Shown: positions 9,347 through 19,144, counted from the first letter of the stretch. The stretch is DNA of 64,000 nt from Candidatus Woesearchaeota archaeon (GCA_018302765.1 JAGVZG010000001.1:68482-132481); one strand, 5' to 3'. The notes: generated by a model from the sequence alone, not told the origin. Translations and numbers: made by a program.

Positions 9347-10279
9347 TTAGTATATTTCTTTTTTCTTTATAATTAATAATCCTAAATAATATAATAATGA
9401 TGTTAATATCAATATAATAATTACCAATAAAAATAATGAAATGTTAGATACTTTTGCAGGTTCCATTACATAAGAGGGCAGGTTAGTGGACTGAAAATAA
9501 ATATTGCTAAAAACACCAGTAGGAGAAGCAATATTTTCTTTAGCTGCAGGAGTTAGATCAATGCCAAAGGTTTCTAAAATTTTAACAGAAGTTGAACCTA
9601 ATAAAAATGCCAAGTCTGGTACTTTATCTTGATAGCTGCCTATGGTTGCATTTATAATTGGAGGTATAAAAAATATAGATAAAATTAAAACAAAAAGTAC
9701 TGACATACTTATTATATTCTTTTTTATGTTGCTAGACAGAAACATACCAAATGATATTATAAAAAAAGTTAGAAGTATATTATAGAAAAATAAGCTAAAT
9801 GAGGCAGTATACAGACTTTTCATAATAGTTGCATCTAAAGCATAAAAAATGCCCACTAATGATGATACAAAAAATAAAATCATTGTATTTATGAATAAAC
9901 CGTAAAAAAATAATCCTAAGAATTTACCAAGTAAAAATTCATATCTTCTTAAAGGCCTAGTGAAGACTAACATTATAGTTCCATCGTTTATTTCCTTAGA
10001 AACAGAATTCACAGACAAAGCACCTATATAAAGCATGTAAGGCAGACCTACAATCCAGAAAAAGCCCATTAAGAAGTACCAGCTTACAAATTCAGCATTC
10101 TTATCTATAAAGTTTAGGTAACCTGGCTGAATAGATAGTTTCAGGCCTAAAAGTGTTATAGAAACAACAAAAATAAAATATATCCAAGTTTTCTTAAGAC
10201 TTAAGTTCTCTATAAATGTTTGTTTAGCTATAATAAGTGCCTTATTCATTTTTTCAGTTTCTCCATAACAACACTCCAA
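9347..10279 (-). CDS. ABC-2 type transporter permease
   Basis: Six predicted TM segments. It overlaps the downstream end of the ABC ATPase gene in an operon arrangement. Confidence 0.65.
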   Translation of the reverse strand: MECCYGETEKMNKALIIAKQTFIENLSLKKTWIYFIFVVSITLLGLKLSIQPGYLNFIDKNAEFVSWYFLMGFFWIVGLPYMLYIGALSVNSVSKEINDGTIMLVFTRPLRRYEFLLGKFLGLFFYGLFINTMILFFVSSLVGIFYALDATIMKSLYTASFSLFFYNILLTFFIISFGMFLSSNIKKNIISMSVLFVLILSIFFIPPIINATIGSYQDKVPDLAFLLGSTSVKILETFGIDLTPAAKENIASPTGVFSNIYFQSTNLPSYVMEPAKVSNISLFLLVIIILILTSLLYYLGLLIIKKKEIY

Positions 10280-11178
10280 AGTGATTTTCTAGATGTATGA
10301 ACAGATATTAATTCTTCACCGCTAGATATTATTGTTTCTAAAATACTTTTTCTTAATTTATCTATTCCTTTCGCTGACAGCACAATCTTGTCATCTATTA
10401 TAGTGGTGCTTTGCAAGTTGAATTTTTTTCTTAAAATATTGGCTACATTCTCTAAATTTGTAGTTTTTATTTCCAGCTGTTCACTTGAACCTTTCTTTAA
10501 TGATTCTATATCTGAATTAATAATTATTTTTCCAGCATCAAAAATTAAAACATAATCAACAATCATTTCCAATTCTTCCATATGATGACTACTAATAATA
10601 ATAGTTACGCCTTTTTTTTCTGATAAAAACTTAATCACATTCAGCAATTGTTTTTGTCCAATGGGATCCAGAGCAGTAGTAGGTTCGTCCAATATTAATA
10701 TTTCAGGATCGTGCATTAGAGCTTGTATAATTAGTAATTTTTGTTTCATACCAGAACTAAATGTTTCTATTTTCTTTTCTATAGCATTATCTAAATCAAA
10801 ATTCTTTAGAAATTCTTGAGCATAATTAATGGCTTTATCTTTATCCATTCCAGATAATCCTCCCATATATATTAAATAATCTAATGGAAGCATATCGCCG
10901 TATAGTGCTGGCTTTTCAGGAACGTAACCAATTTTGGAATAAATTTTTGTCAGCCCGCCAGCAATGTTAAATTTGACATTTCCAAAAGTAGGCTTAATCA
11001 AGCCCATAAGCATTTTTATTGTTGTTGTTTTACCAGAACCATTTTCTCCGACTAAACCATAAACTTTGCCTTTATTTATACTAAAGCTTATATCATCAAC
11101 TGCTTTAAATAAACCTTTTCTTGTTTTGAAATATTTTTTTATGTTGTTTACTTCTATTATCGTTTCATTCTTTTCCAT
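10246..11178 (-). CDS. ABC transporter ATP-binding protein
   Basis: Walker A GENGSGKTT, ABC signature FSSGMKQK, Walker B ILILDEPT, and an H-loop. Confidence 0.85.
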   Translation of the reverse strand: MEKNETIIEVNNIKKYFKTRKGLFKAVDDISFSINKGKVYGLVGENGSGKTTTIKMLMGLIKPTFGNVKFNIAGGLTKIYSKIGYVPEKPALYGDMLPLDYLIYMGGLSGMDKDKAINYAQEFLKNFDLDNAIEKKIETFSSGMKQKLLIIQALMHDPEILILDEPTTALDPIGQKQLLNVIKFLSEKKGVTIIISSHHMEELEMIVDYVLIFDAGKIIINSDIESLKKGSSEQLEIKTTNLENVANILRKKFNLQSTTIIDDKIVLSAKGIDKLRKSILETIISSGEELISVHTSRKSLWSVVMEKLKK

Positions 11179-14015
11179 TTTAGTATACTTCCTATTGCTA
11201 AAAATGATATTAAAATAAGTGCTATTATGTATTGTGAGATTGAAGTACTTCTAGATATATTTACAGTCAGGTAATCAACATTTGAGACTGTTGTTCCTGG
11301 TATTGTACTTAGAACAATTAAATTATGTTGGCCTGCTGATAATTTTATATCTTCTGAGTTACCAAGTGTTGATGTATAAAATTGATTGTCAGCGTATATT
11401 AATTTTAAATCTCCATTTGTAAATTGTATGTTAAAATCTCCTTTGAAGTATGCATTATCTGCTAAATTTAGTATAGATTGTGGCTTGCTTAGTTCTACAT
11501 CATTTGAATATATTTTACTATCGTATATAGATAGAGGCATTAAGGATATAATTTTTATTTTGTAGTCATTTAAATCAACTAGTATATTACTTGTTGGCCT
11601 AAAGGCTTCTCCACTTGTGCCATATTTTTGAGTTTCACTGGATTTAATTATTAGGTAATTTCCTGCAATATCTATATTTTTTAGTTCTCTAATGTCGATG
11701 TTCTGGTTGAATTTTCCTTTTTCATATACAATGTTACTTTTAGAAGAAGAAACATCAGTTACTATATCGTAACTATTTATAACAGATTTTGAGATTTTAT
11801 CAATGCAATATAGTTTTAAGTTAGAGCTTCCATCACTGCCAACTACAACGACGTCTTTTCTTTCATCCCCGCCACAATTATAAATCAAAACAGAATCTTT
11901 TCCAGGATTTAAGTAGTTAGGCAAGAAATCTAAAATTACATTGTTATTTTCATCTACTAAGACCGGAGCTCTTTCTGAATAATACAGAAGATGTTCACTG
12001 TCTAAAATTTCAGTAAACTGTAAATTATTAAAACTTTCTTCATTTACAACAGATAAGTCATTAACTCTGTATCTTAATATTTTGTTTCCACCAAATAATA
12101 TTATATTATTTCCAATTATATACTTGTGCTGCTGTATAAAATAAGTACCATTAATTATTTTGCTCTTTATCAGATTGTATTTTGCTCCATCAACAATACC
12201 AAACTTATCATTGCTTACAACTAAAACCTCTTTAACACCATCGTTGTTTATATCCTTAGTGCCATCTGTAAAAGAAAAATAAAAGTCTATATTTCCATCT
12301 TTGATCTCAACTTTATTCTTCTCAAATGTTGCAAGGCTTACTTCATAAGTATGTCCAGAATACAATAAGATAAATATTTTATTGCCTAAGTAAGCATAAC
12401 TGCTAATTTGCATTTTTTTCCCTATGTCAGAAGATTCCCAAAAAATCTTTTCATTCTGCAGTTTAAAAAGTTCATCTTGTGATACTTTATTTTTATTTTC
12501 TAATTTTGTTACATCTTCTCTAACGCTAATTATATTTTTCTCTATAGCTGGCTTATCACTTGCATTTGCAGCTGCTAACTTGGTCTGTAATTCATTAAAT
12601 TTGGTTTGCTTTTCAGATATTGACTTAAAATTACTATTTATAGAATTATTAACAGAACTAATTTTATTTATTATATCATCAATTATATCTGCCTGTTCTG
12701 CAGGAGAAACTTGGAAACTTATTTGCTTTAAAGCACTGGTTTTTGGGTATAAAATTCCTAAGGAATTTATATCAATGCCGCTTCCAAATAAAACTAAAAC
12801 CTCTTTAACACCATCGTTATTAATGTCATTTATTTCTTCTAGTCTAGAAATCTGAACGTTTTGTAGTTTGGTATCATCTACAGTACCAGAATATTGTTTA
12901 TATTTATAACTAAACGGCCAGTTTTTACTTATTATGAATTTAGAACTATCTAAATTTAAATTTACAAACTGTTTGTCAATTGAAAAAGTTCCTACTAATT
13001 TATTGTTTTTATATATGTTTACATTATTGTTACTATATGTCAAAATCAATGAATTATCAAACCAAGCTATTTTTGATGAAGAGTCTAAACTTATATTGCT
13101 AACATCAGCTATGTATTTTAATTCATTATCTTTTAGTACTTTAAGTTGTTTGTCCTGCACTATAAATGCTTGCTCATCATCTATGTTTGGCTGGTTTGTG
13201 GTGTCTAATTTAGTCTCTTCACTTCCAAATGTATTATAAATATAAAATTTATTTTCAAATTCATCAACTAAAATAATTTTATCACTAATAGCACTTACAA
13301 GTGTTTTTTGCAAACTAAAGCTGCTGTATTTATTTAATCTAGAATCATAGACAGTAAATTCAGTAGTAGTTCTGGCAGAATAAACTAATTTATACTGCAC
13401 AATAAAATTGCTTGTTAGAAAATACTTTTCCTGTCCGGTTTTTATGCTTTTTTCCTTTATTTTATTAAAATTTAAGTCATATACAACTATTTTTTGTGGT
13501 GTAATAATCACAAAATTATTTCCTAAAACACCAAAGTTTATTATATAATTTCCGGCATTTATTACTTTATTTATTTCACCGTTAATTGATTCATATATAT
13601 TATTAAAGTTTGAAAAAAATGTTCTTCCATTGTTTTTTAATATTTTTGTGGTTGGTGTAGGATAATTATTCTTGTAAGTTTTTTTTGTTATTGGAATTGT
13701 TTTAATTACTTTACCTTGTTTGCCATCTATAATTTTAGTGCTGGGAACAATAAAACTTTGCGAGCCAATTAAAATATCTTGATAACCATTACCATTTACA
13801 TCTTCTATTATTTCAAGGTCATTTATTTTGTCTTCATCAAAAAAGCTCCACATAAATTCTCCTTCTTTAGAAAATGCTAAAATATTACTTCCAGAACCAA
13901 ATAAAATGTAATTTGATGAAGATTTACTTATACTAAATTCAGCATAGCCTGCTGCACCAACAACCGGAAAAATTACTAAAGCCATCAAAATTAAGTATAT
14001 TGTTTGTTTTAGCAT
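11157..14015 (-). CDS. large surface protein with beta-propeller-like (FG-GAP/VCBS-like DxNGDG) repeats, central coiled coil and C-terminal TM anchor
   Basis: 952 aa with an N-terminal signal peptide and repeated motifs VNGNGYQDILIGS, NNDGVKEVLV (x2) and CGGDERKDVVVVGSDG. A heptad-like Lys/Glu stretch is present. The C-terminus is hydrophobic followed by KWKRMKR. It overlaps the ABC ATPase start. Confidence 0.6.
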   Translation of the reverse strand: MLKQTIYLILMALVIFPVVGAAGYAEFSISKSSSNYILFGSGSNILAFSKEGEFMWSFFDEDKINDLEIIEDVNGNGYQDILIGSQSFIVPSTKIIDGKQGKVIKTIPITKKTYKNNYPTPTTKILKNNGRTFFSNFNNIYESINGEINKVINAGNYIINFGVLGNNFVIITPQKIVVYDLNFNKIKEKSIKTGQEKYFLTSNFIVQYKLVYSARTTTEFTVYDSRLNKYSSFSLQKTLVSAISDKIILVDEFENKFYIYNTFGSEETKLDTTNQPNIDDEQAFIVQDKQLKVLKDNELKYIADVSNISLDSSSKIAWFDNSLILTYSNNNVNIYKNNKLVGTFSIDKQFVNLNLDSSKFIISKNWPFSYKYKQYSGTVDDTKLQNVQISRLEEINDINNDGVKEVLVLFGSGIDINSLGILYPKTSALKQISFQVSPAEQADIIDDIINKISSVNNSINSNFKSISEKQTKFNELQTKLAAANASDKPAIEKNIISVREDVTKLENKNKVSQDELFKLQNEKIFWESSDIGKKMQISSYAYLGNKIFILLYSGHTYEVSLATFEKNKVEIKDGNIDFYFSFTDGTKDINNDGVKEVLVVSNDKFGIVDGAKYNLIKSKIINGTYFIQQHKYIIGNNIILFGGNKILRYRVNDLSVVNEESFNNLQFTEILDSEHLLYYSERAPVLVDENNNVILDFLPNYLNPGKDSVLIYNCGGDERKDVVVVGSDGSSNLKLYCIDKISKSVINSYDIVTDVSSSKSNIVYEKGKFNQNIDIRELKNIDIAGNYLIIKSSETQKYGTSGEAFRPTSNILVDLNDYKIKIISLMPLSIYDSKIYSNDVELSKPQSILNLADNAYFKGDFNIQFTNGDLKLIYADNQFYTSTLGNSEDIKLSAGQHNLIVLSTIPGTTVSNVDYLTVNISRSTSISQYIIALILISFLAIGSILKWKRMKR

Positions 14016-14060
14016 ATTTCTCTTAATGTTTTATTATTTATATATTTTAGTAATCTTAAT

Positions 14061-15521
14061 TTATTTAACATTTCCTATCGGAATTAATTTTGTTACAGGT
14101 TTAGAAATTCCTGCTTTAGCTAATGCATCAATTACGTCATTTATTTCTTTGTATGCAGATCCTGCTTCTTCAGCTAATCCAGACATTGATCCAGACTTAA
14201 CATAAATCCCTCTTTGTTCCATTTCTTTTTGTAGTTGATCTCCTCTAAATTCTTTCTTGGCTTGATGCCTTGACATTGTTCTGCCAGAACCATGTGCTGT
14301 ACTTGAGAAAGTTTCATTGTCTGCTTTTTCTGTACCGACTAATAAATAACTTCCTGTTTCCATTGAGCCGCCAATTATTACTGGTGATCCTATATCTCTA
14401 TATAATTTTGAAACCTCTGAATTTCCTGGACCCTGACACAAAGTTGCGCCTTTTCTATGAACAACTAATTTTTTCTTTTTTCCATCAATTTTAAATTCTT
14501 GTAATCTTGCTAAATTATGAGCTACATCATAGACACAGTGCATCTCCATATCTTCTGCTTTAGTTTTGAAAATTTTTTCAAAACCTTCTCTTATTCTATG
14601 TAAAATTACTTGTCTATTTGCGAAAGCCATATTTGCTGCACAAGCCATTGCTTTGTAATAATCTTGTCCTTCCTTGCTTGAAAATGGAGCACATGATAAT
14701 TCTTTATCTAAAATTTTTATTTTTTCTCTTTGCATTACATTTTCAAAAATTTTTAAGTAGTCTGTAGCAACCTGATGACCAAAACCTCTAGAGCCACAGT
14801 GGAACATTATTACAATCTGATCTGGAAAAATTCCAAATTTCCTTGCTATATCTTTATCAATAATATTTTCTGGTTTTACATGCTGAATTTCTAGATAATG
14901 ATTACCTGAGCCAAGTGTTCCTAGTTGATCAATTCCTCTTTGTCTTGCTTTTTGTGAAACTTTACTTGAGTCAGCCCAGTCAATTCTTCCATTACTTTCT
15001 ATTCTTTCTAAGTCTTTTTGCCAACCATAATTATTTTCAACACACCATTTAACACCTTCTTCCATTACATTATTGAATTGCTGATTATTTATTTTTACAA
15101 AACCTTTGCAGCCTACACCAGATGGTACTGTTTGGAAGAAAGTATTCACTAGTTCTTTTAATTTAGGCTGAACGTCTTTAATTGTGAGATTTGTTGTAAC
15201 AAGCCTCATGCCACAATTTATATCAAAACCAATTCCTCCTGGAGAGATTACTCCTGTCTCAGCATCCATTGCAGCAACTCCACCAATTGGAAAACCATAC
15301 CCCCAATGCCCATCAGGCATGCATAGTGCAGCTTTTTGTATTCCAGGTAGGCATGCTACATTGGTTACTTGGTCAAACACTCCGGGATCCATTGTTTCTA
15401 ATAATTTTTTAGTTGCGTAAATCCTTGCAGGTACGTTCATACCTTGCTTGAAACTAGTTGGGATTTCCCAAACTGCTTCTTCTATCTGTTTTGTATCTTT
15501 TGGTATATTTGACATAATCAA
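14061..15521 (-). CDS. rtcB: RNA-splicing ligase RtcB
   Basis: 486 aa. Metal-binding motifs typical of RtcB are present, including DGHWGYGFPIGGV, HCGSRGFGH and NHYLE. Confidence 0.9.
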   Translation of the reverse strand: MIMSNIPKDTKQIEEAVWEIPTSFKQGMNVPARIYATKKLLETMDPGVFDQVTNVACLPGIQKAALCMPDGHWGYGFPIGGVAAMDAETGVISPGGIGFDINCGMRLVTTNLTIKDVQPKLKELVNTFFQTVPSGVGCKGFVKINNQQFNNVMEEGVKWCVENNYGWQKDLERIESNGRIDWADSSKVSQKARQRGIDQLGTLGSGNHYLEIQHVKPENIIDKDIARKFGIFPDQIVIMFHCGSRGFGHQVATDYLKIFENVMQREKIKILDKELSCAPFSSKEGQDYYKAMACAANMAFANRQVILHRIREGFEKIFKTKAEDMEMHCVYDVAHNLARLQEFKIDGKKKKLVVHRKGATLCQGPGNSEVSKLYRDIGSPVIIGGSMETGSYLLVGTEKADNETFSSTAHGSGRTMSRHQAKKEFRGDQLQKEMEQRGIYVKSGSMSGLAEEAGSAYKEINDVIDALAKAGISKPVTKLIPIGNVK

Positions 15522-15590
15522 AATAAATTATGGTGAGTTTATTAAGTTTTACTGTTATTTTACATTATAAAGAAGTCTTATTTTTGGAAT

Positions 15591-15679
15591 TATATTCAAC
15601 GGCTTTGTGTAAGAAGTAGCTGGATTTAATCACTTTATACACAGATTTTGGACTTTTTACACAAAGCTATATTCAACGG
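15591..15679. promoter_or_regulatory. divergent rtcB/downstream-gene intergenic region with direct repeat TATATTCAACGG (x2) nested with 10-bp inverted repeat CTTTGTGTAA/TTACACAAAG
   Basis: Direct repeats at 15591-15602 and 15668-15679. Inverted repeat arms at 15603-15612 and 15657-15666. A TATA-like TTTATAAAT at 15684-15692 lies ~33 bp upstream of the 15725 ATG. Confidence 0.3.
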
Positions 15680-15724
15680 AACATTTATAAATAATTAACT
15701 ATTGCTTAGTAGTGTATTTAAAAT

Positions 15725-17041
15725 ATGGCAGACGTAGTTGTTCCGGATGGATCTAGCAGAGATGACGATACAGATAAAATTATAACTATAGATATGAGTG
15801 CAATAGCAGATGATACTACGCCTTTACTTCAACAAGTTCATAATGAAAAAAGTGAACCAATGGCTATACCTAATTCTTTAAATTTAAATCTTATTCATGA
15901 TACTAAAATTCATGAGCAAATTGAAGATTTGCGTGTTAGAGACTGTCCTAGTTTAGAAAAGGTTTTGATAGGTTTGGGATATGATGATTCACACAATATT
16001 GTTAATGTATCTGTAGAAGACGCTGATCCTATTTATTATAAGGTTGGAACTGGTCTTGTATTTCAAGTAGACTTAGAAATTAATATTGGTACGACTACAA
16101 GTGGTTTTGTTGGAATTGATTATAGGACATGTGAAATTCCGAATTTGCATGTTTTGGCAAGAAATTCTTCTAATTTAAATCGTAATAATAAATTAGCGAG
16201 CTTGTATAAGAAATGGGTAGATTTTAGTTATAAACATAATTTTAGTAAAATTGTAGGAATGATGGACAGCGATGATGTCGTTAGAATATTCAGAATTTTT
16301 GATTATGATAATATTGAAAATGTTGAAATTCATAAAGTTGAATTAGTTAAAAATGAATATTATTTAGAGGCTTCTTGTTTTTATAGATCTTCTGTTGGGA
16401 GTATAAAATCAAGTTTATTTTGTGGAAAAATTCCAGCGAGTAAAATTTTATTAGACGTACGTTATTTGGAAGCAAATGTGATGAATTTGAAGAGAAAATC
16501 TTCAGCAGGAAAAATTATATCTATTGGCGCTTTTGGACTTGCTAGTTTGCTTGGCTTAGCTTATTTAGGATTGAGTACTCAGGATGTTTCTGGCTATAGT
16601 CCTGATTTATTGACTTCAAGTGGCGGTGATTTAGTAAGTCCTGCAGATATGACGCTTCATGAAGATCTTAAGTCTGAATATTTAGGTGACGCTAGCAATG
16701 GCGTTGCGGTTGATTTAGGAAGTAGTTCTAGTCATCCACCAGTTAGAATTTCTTTTATGGCACGCAGACCTAAAACTAAGGGCAGTTTATTTGTTAAGGT
16801 TGGTGGTGCTTCAGATGGAAGACATGTATTTAAGTATACTGCTGGAAAAGTAGGTTCTTATAGTACAAAAACAGGTAAGCCATCTTTTTATTCAGATGCA
16901 TTTAATGATTGGGTTGGCACAACTGCTGACAAATATGAAAAAGTTGATTCAGACGGTGTTTATAATAATAAAAATTGCAACAAACCACAGAAAGGTTTAA
17001 TGAAAGATATGCCTGCTTATGTTTGTGCGCAGCCAAAGTAA
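15725..17041 (+). CDS. membrane protein P1: acidic N-terminal domain, central TM helix, C-terminal FKY/CKPQ/AYVC domain (paralog family)
   Basis: TM segment ISIGAFGLASLLGLAYLGL. The C-terminus (VRISFMARRPKTKGSLFVKVGG...VFKY...VYNNKNCNKPQKGLMKDMPAYVCAQPK) is near-identical in key motifs to the 32512 and 33830 proteins. Confidence 0.55.
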   Translation: MADVVVPDGSSRDDDTDKIITIDMSAIADDTTPLLQQVHNEKSEPMAIPNSLNLNLIHDTKIHEQIEDLRVRDCPSLEKVLIGLGYDDSHNIVNVSVEDADPIYYKVGTGLVFQVDLEINIGTTTSGFVGIDYRTCEIPNLHVLARNSSNLNRNNKLASLYKKWVDFSYKHNFSKIVGMMDSDDVVRIFRIFDYDNIENVEIHKVELVKNEYYLEASCFYRSSVGSIKSSLFCGKIPASKILLDVRYLEANVMNLKRKSSAGKIISIGAFGLASLLGLAYLGLSTQDVSGYSPDLLTSSGGDLVSPADMTLHEDLKSEYLGDASNGVAVDLGSSSSHPPVRISFMARRPKTKGSLFVKVGGASDGRHVFKYTAGKVGSYSTKTGKPSFYSDAFNDWVGTTADKYEKVDSDGVYNNKNCNKPQKGLMKDMPAYVCAQPK

Positions 17042-17102
17042 GATTCTTAGCAATAGAAATGTTTATTTATCTTCACTATTTTAAAGTAGTGCAAATGATA
17101 AA

Positions 17103-18176
17103 ATGGCTGCAATAATTCCAGATGTTTTACCTTTATTGATTGGACAAGATTTATTAGTTAGATATAGTGACGCTGCTACATTGCCTCCTTTTTATGAGGG
17201 GTATGTTGCTAAACTTGTCGATTCTTCGTTAGGAGGTATAAGTAGGATAGCTGATTTAGACACTTTGACTGCAGATCCATGTGATTTAGACGGTATGTTT
17301 TTTAATAGTACTAATGACACTGCTGCCAGGATAGAATACTTTAGAATTTATAGTGGTCGTATTGATAGATTTGATGCAAGTTCTGGAAAATTGTTTTACA
17401 GAGCTGACGCTAGTCTAGGAGTAATTGGAAGTATTGGTGACAGCAGCAGTATATTTGAAGTTGGTAGAAGAGAATATTTATTTTGCTATTACAATGCTAG
17501 AAATGGTAAATGTTCTGTATTAAACGTTAATAATGATTTATGTAATGTGAGTTCTTATCTTCTTCCTTTTCTAAAAACATTTGTTCCTATTACGCATGTT
17601 GAATGCAGCAGTTCTCCTGTAGGAGTTATATATAATAAAGTATTTTTGGATAAGTTAGACATTCCTGAAGATTTTGTTAAAGGTATTCAGGGCGTTGTGC
17701 TTAAAGAAATAAAAAGAGAAAAGTCAAGTAATAGTTATATTTTATCAGGTACAGTTTATTATGCTAACCCAAATGCCAGAGGATTTTCGTTTGTTAAAGG
17801 TGCTTTTAGTAAATTTGATAATTTATTTTTAGAACATGGAACTAATTTTTTTGTAGATGGTGATTATTTGAAATCATGTGGCGTTGATTTAGGCCAAGAT
17901 AATGACTATTCTTATGGTAGTCTTGTTATCAGTAGAGGCACTAATCTTGATTGGAAATTGATTGGATTGGCTGGAGGTATTGCTTTAGGAGTTTTATCTG
18001 CAATTTGGATTGCTTATAATATTGTTCCTGGTTATTCTGCTGTAATGGCTCCAAGTGTTGATGCTGGCGCTGACTTAATTAAATCCTCTGCAGATAAAGA
18101 CAATAGTGGACCAAAATATAAGAAAAAAATTTCTAAACCTAAAAAACATAAAGCCAAGAAAAAATCATCTAAATAA
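17103..18176 (+). CDS. tail-anchored Cys-containing protein P2 with Lys-rich C-terminus
   Basis: 357 aa with several N-x-S/T sequons, a TM helix near the C-terminus (LIGLAGGIALGVLSAIWIAY) and the tail KKKISKPKKHKAKKKSSK. Its stop abuts the convergent archease stop. Confidence 0.5.
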   Translation: MAAIIPDVLPLLIGQDLLVRYSDAATLPPFYEGYVAKLVDSSLGGISRIADLDTLTADPCDLDGMFFNSTNDTAARIEYFRIYSGRIDRFDASSGKLFYRADASLGVIGSIGDSSSIFEVGRREYLFCYYNARNGKCSVLNVNNDLCNVSSYLLPFLKTFVPITHVECSSSPVGVIYNKVFLDKLDIPEDFVKGIQGVVLKEIKREKSSNSYILSGTVYYANPNARGFSFVKGAFSKFDNLFLEHGTNFFVDGDYLKSCGVDLGQDNDYSYGSLVISRGTNLDWKLIGLAGGIALGVLSAIWIAYNIVPGYSAVMAPSVDAGADLIKSSADKDNSGPKYKKKISKPKKHKAKKKSSK

Positions 18177-18611
18177 TTAAATGTCAACAAGCACTTTTGC
18201 TTTCCATTTGTCTTCTTCTTTTATTATTTCAAATTCATGCATTGTAATTGCCTTTGCATCGTCATGGAGATCCTGAGTTTCTCTGTTGATAAAATCACCT
18301 TCACATCTTGCAAATATTTCATATACTTTATTTTTGTGTGATATAACAACATCGAACTTGTTAAACAGCAAACCTTCTGTGTCTTTAACAAATATAAGTT
18401 CTGAAAGAAAATCATAAAGAAGATTTTCTATGGAATTTGTTTTTAGTGATATTTCATAATGCTCTTTAGTCTCCAATGTTTTTATGTCTACCATGATTTC
18501 TTCTAGAGCCAGAGCTGAATTTTCAAATAGGCTTTCTAATGTTTTTCCATAGGCTTCAAAAATTATATCTGCTGTGTGTGGTAGAAATTTATACTTCATC
18601 TTCTTTAACAT
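18177..18611 (-). CDS. archease (RtcB activator)
   Basis: 144 aa. The N-terminal FLPHTADIIFEAYG motif (HTAD) and a C-terminal ...KVLVDI match the archease family. Confidence 0.8.
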   Translation of the reverse strand: MLKKMKYKFLPHTADIIFEAYGKTLESLFENSALALEEIMVDIKTLETKEHYEISLKTNSIENLLYDFLSELIFVKDTEGLLFNKFDVVISHKNKVYEIFARCEGDFINRETQDLHDDAKAITMHEFEIIKEEDKWKAKVLVDI

Positions 18612-19053
18612 TCCTTCTTTCTACAACAATATTTATTTGCGTTGTCACACCTTCTTTATCTTCCCTTATTAAAATATTTCTGTCAGTTATTTGTTTTACA
18701 ATGTCTTTTATTGTGTAATCTGACTTCATTTTATCTCCAATCAAAACAGCATTTAGCATATATTCATTTGAAATTTGTTCTATTGTGATCTGCTTTATTG
18801 CTGATAATACAAATAACTCGTTATTTGCTAGTTCAAATAATCTTTTTAGAAATTGGAAAAGCAGATTTTTAAGATCCCTTGCTCTTATTATCAGTGTTTT
18901 TGTAATAGCTAGATCTATTTCTTCTGTGTTTATTACAATTTCAAATAATGACTTTGCTATTTTTGAGAACGATGCTTCTAAACTTGATGCTTTTTCTGAT
19001 ATTGTTATTTCTTCGACTTTGTGCTTTGACATAAGCTTTTTAATGCAATGCAC
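18589..19053 (-). CDS. archease-like paralog lacking the HTAD motif
   Basis: 154 aa. ASSLEASFSKIAKSLFEIV and ARDLKNLLFQFLKRLFELANNELFV align with archease core helices, but the metal-binding H-T-A-D is replaced by T-I-S-E. It overlaps the archease start by 23 nt. Confidence 0.45.
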   Translation of the reverse strand: MHCIKKLMSKHKVEEITISEKASSLEASFSKIAKSLFEIVINTEEIDLAITKTLIIRARDLKNLLFQFLKRLFELANNELFVLSAIKQITIEQISNEYMLNAVLIGDKMKSDYTIKDIVKQITDRNILIREDKEGVTTQINIVVERRNVKEDEV

Positions 19054-19144
19054 TTTATATAATTAACCTTGATAATGTTATTACTTTTAAGTAGCTAAAT
19101 ATAGGAAGATTTTTAAATAACTGAAGTTTTATTTTCATGTTAAT

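Noticed and set aside
12424-13239. Two plus-strand ORFs (143 and 101 aa) inside the 952-aa surface protein gene
   Set aside because: They are antisense to a long, motif-supported CDS. Their sequences are low-complexity Ser/Leu/Phe-rich and typical of AT-rich antisense frames.
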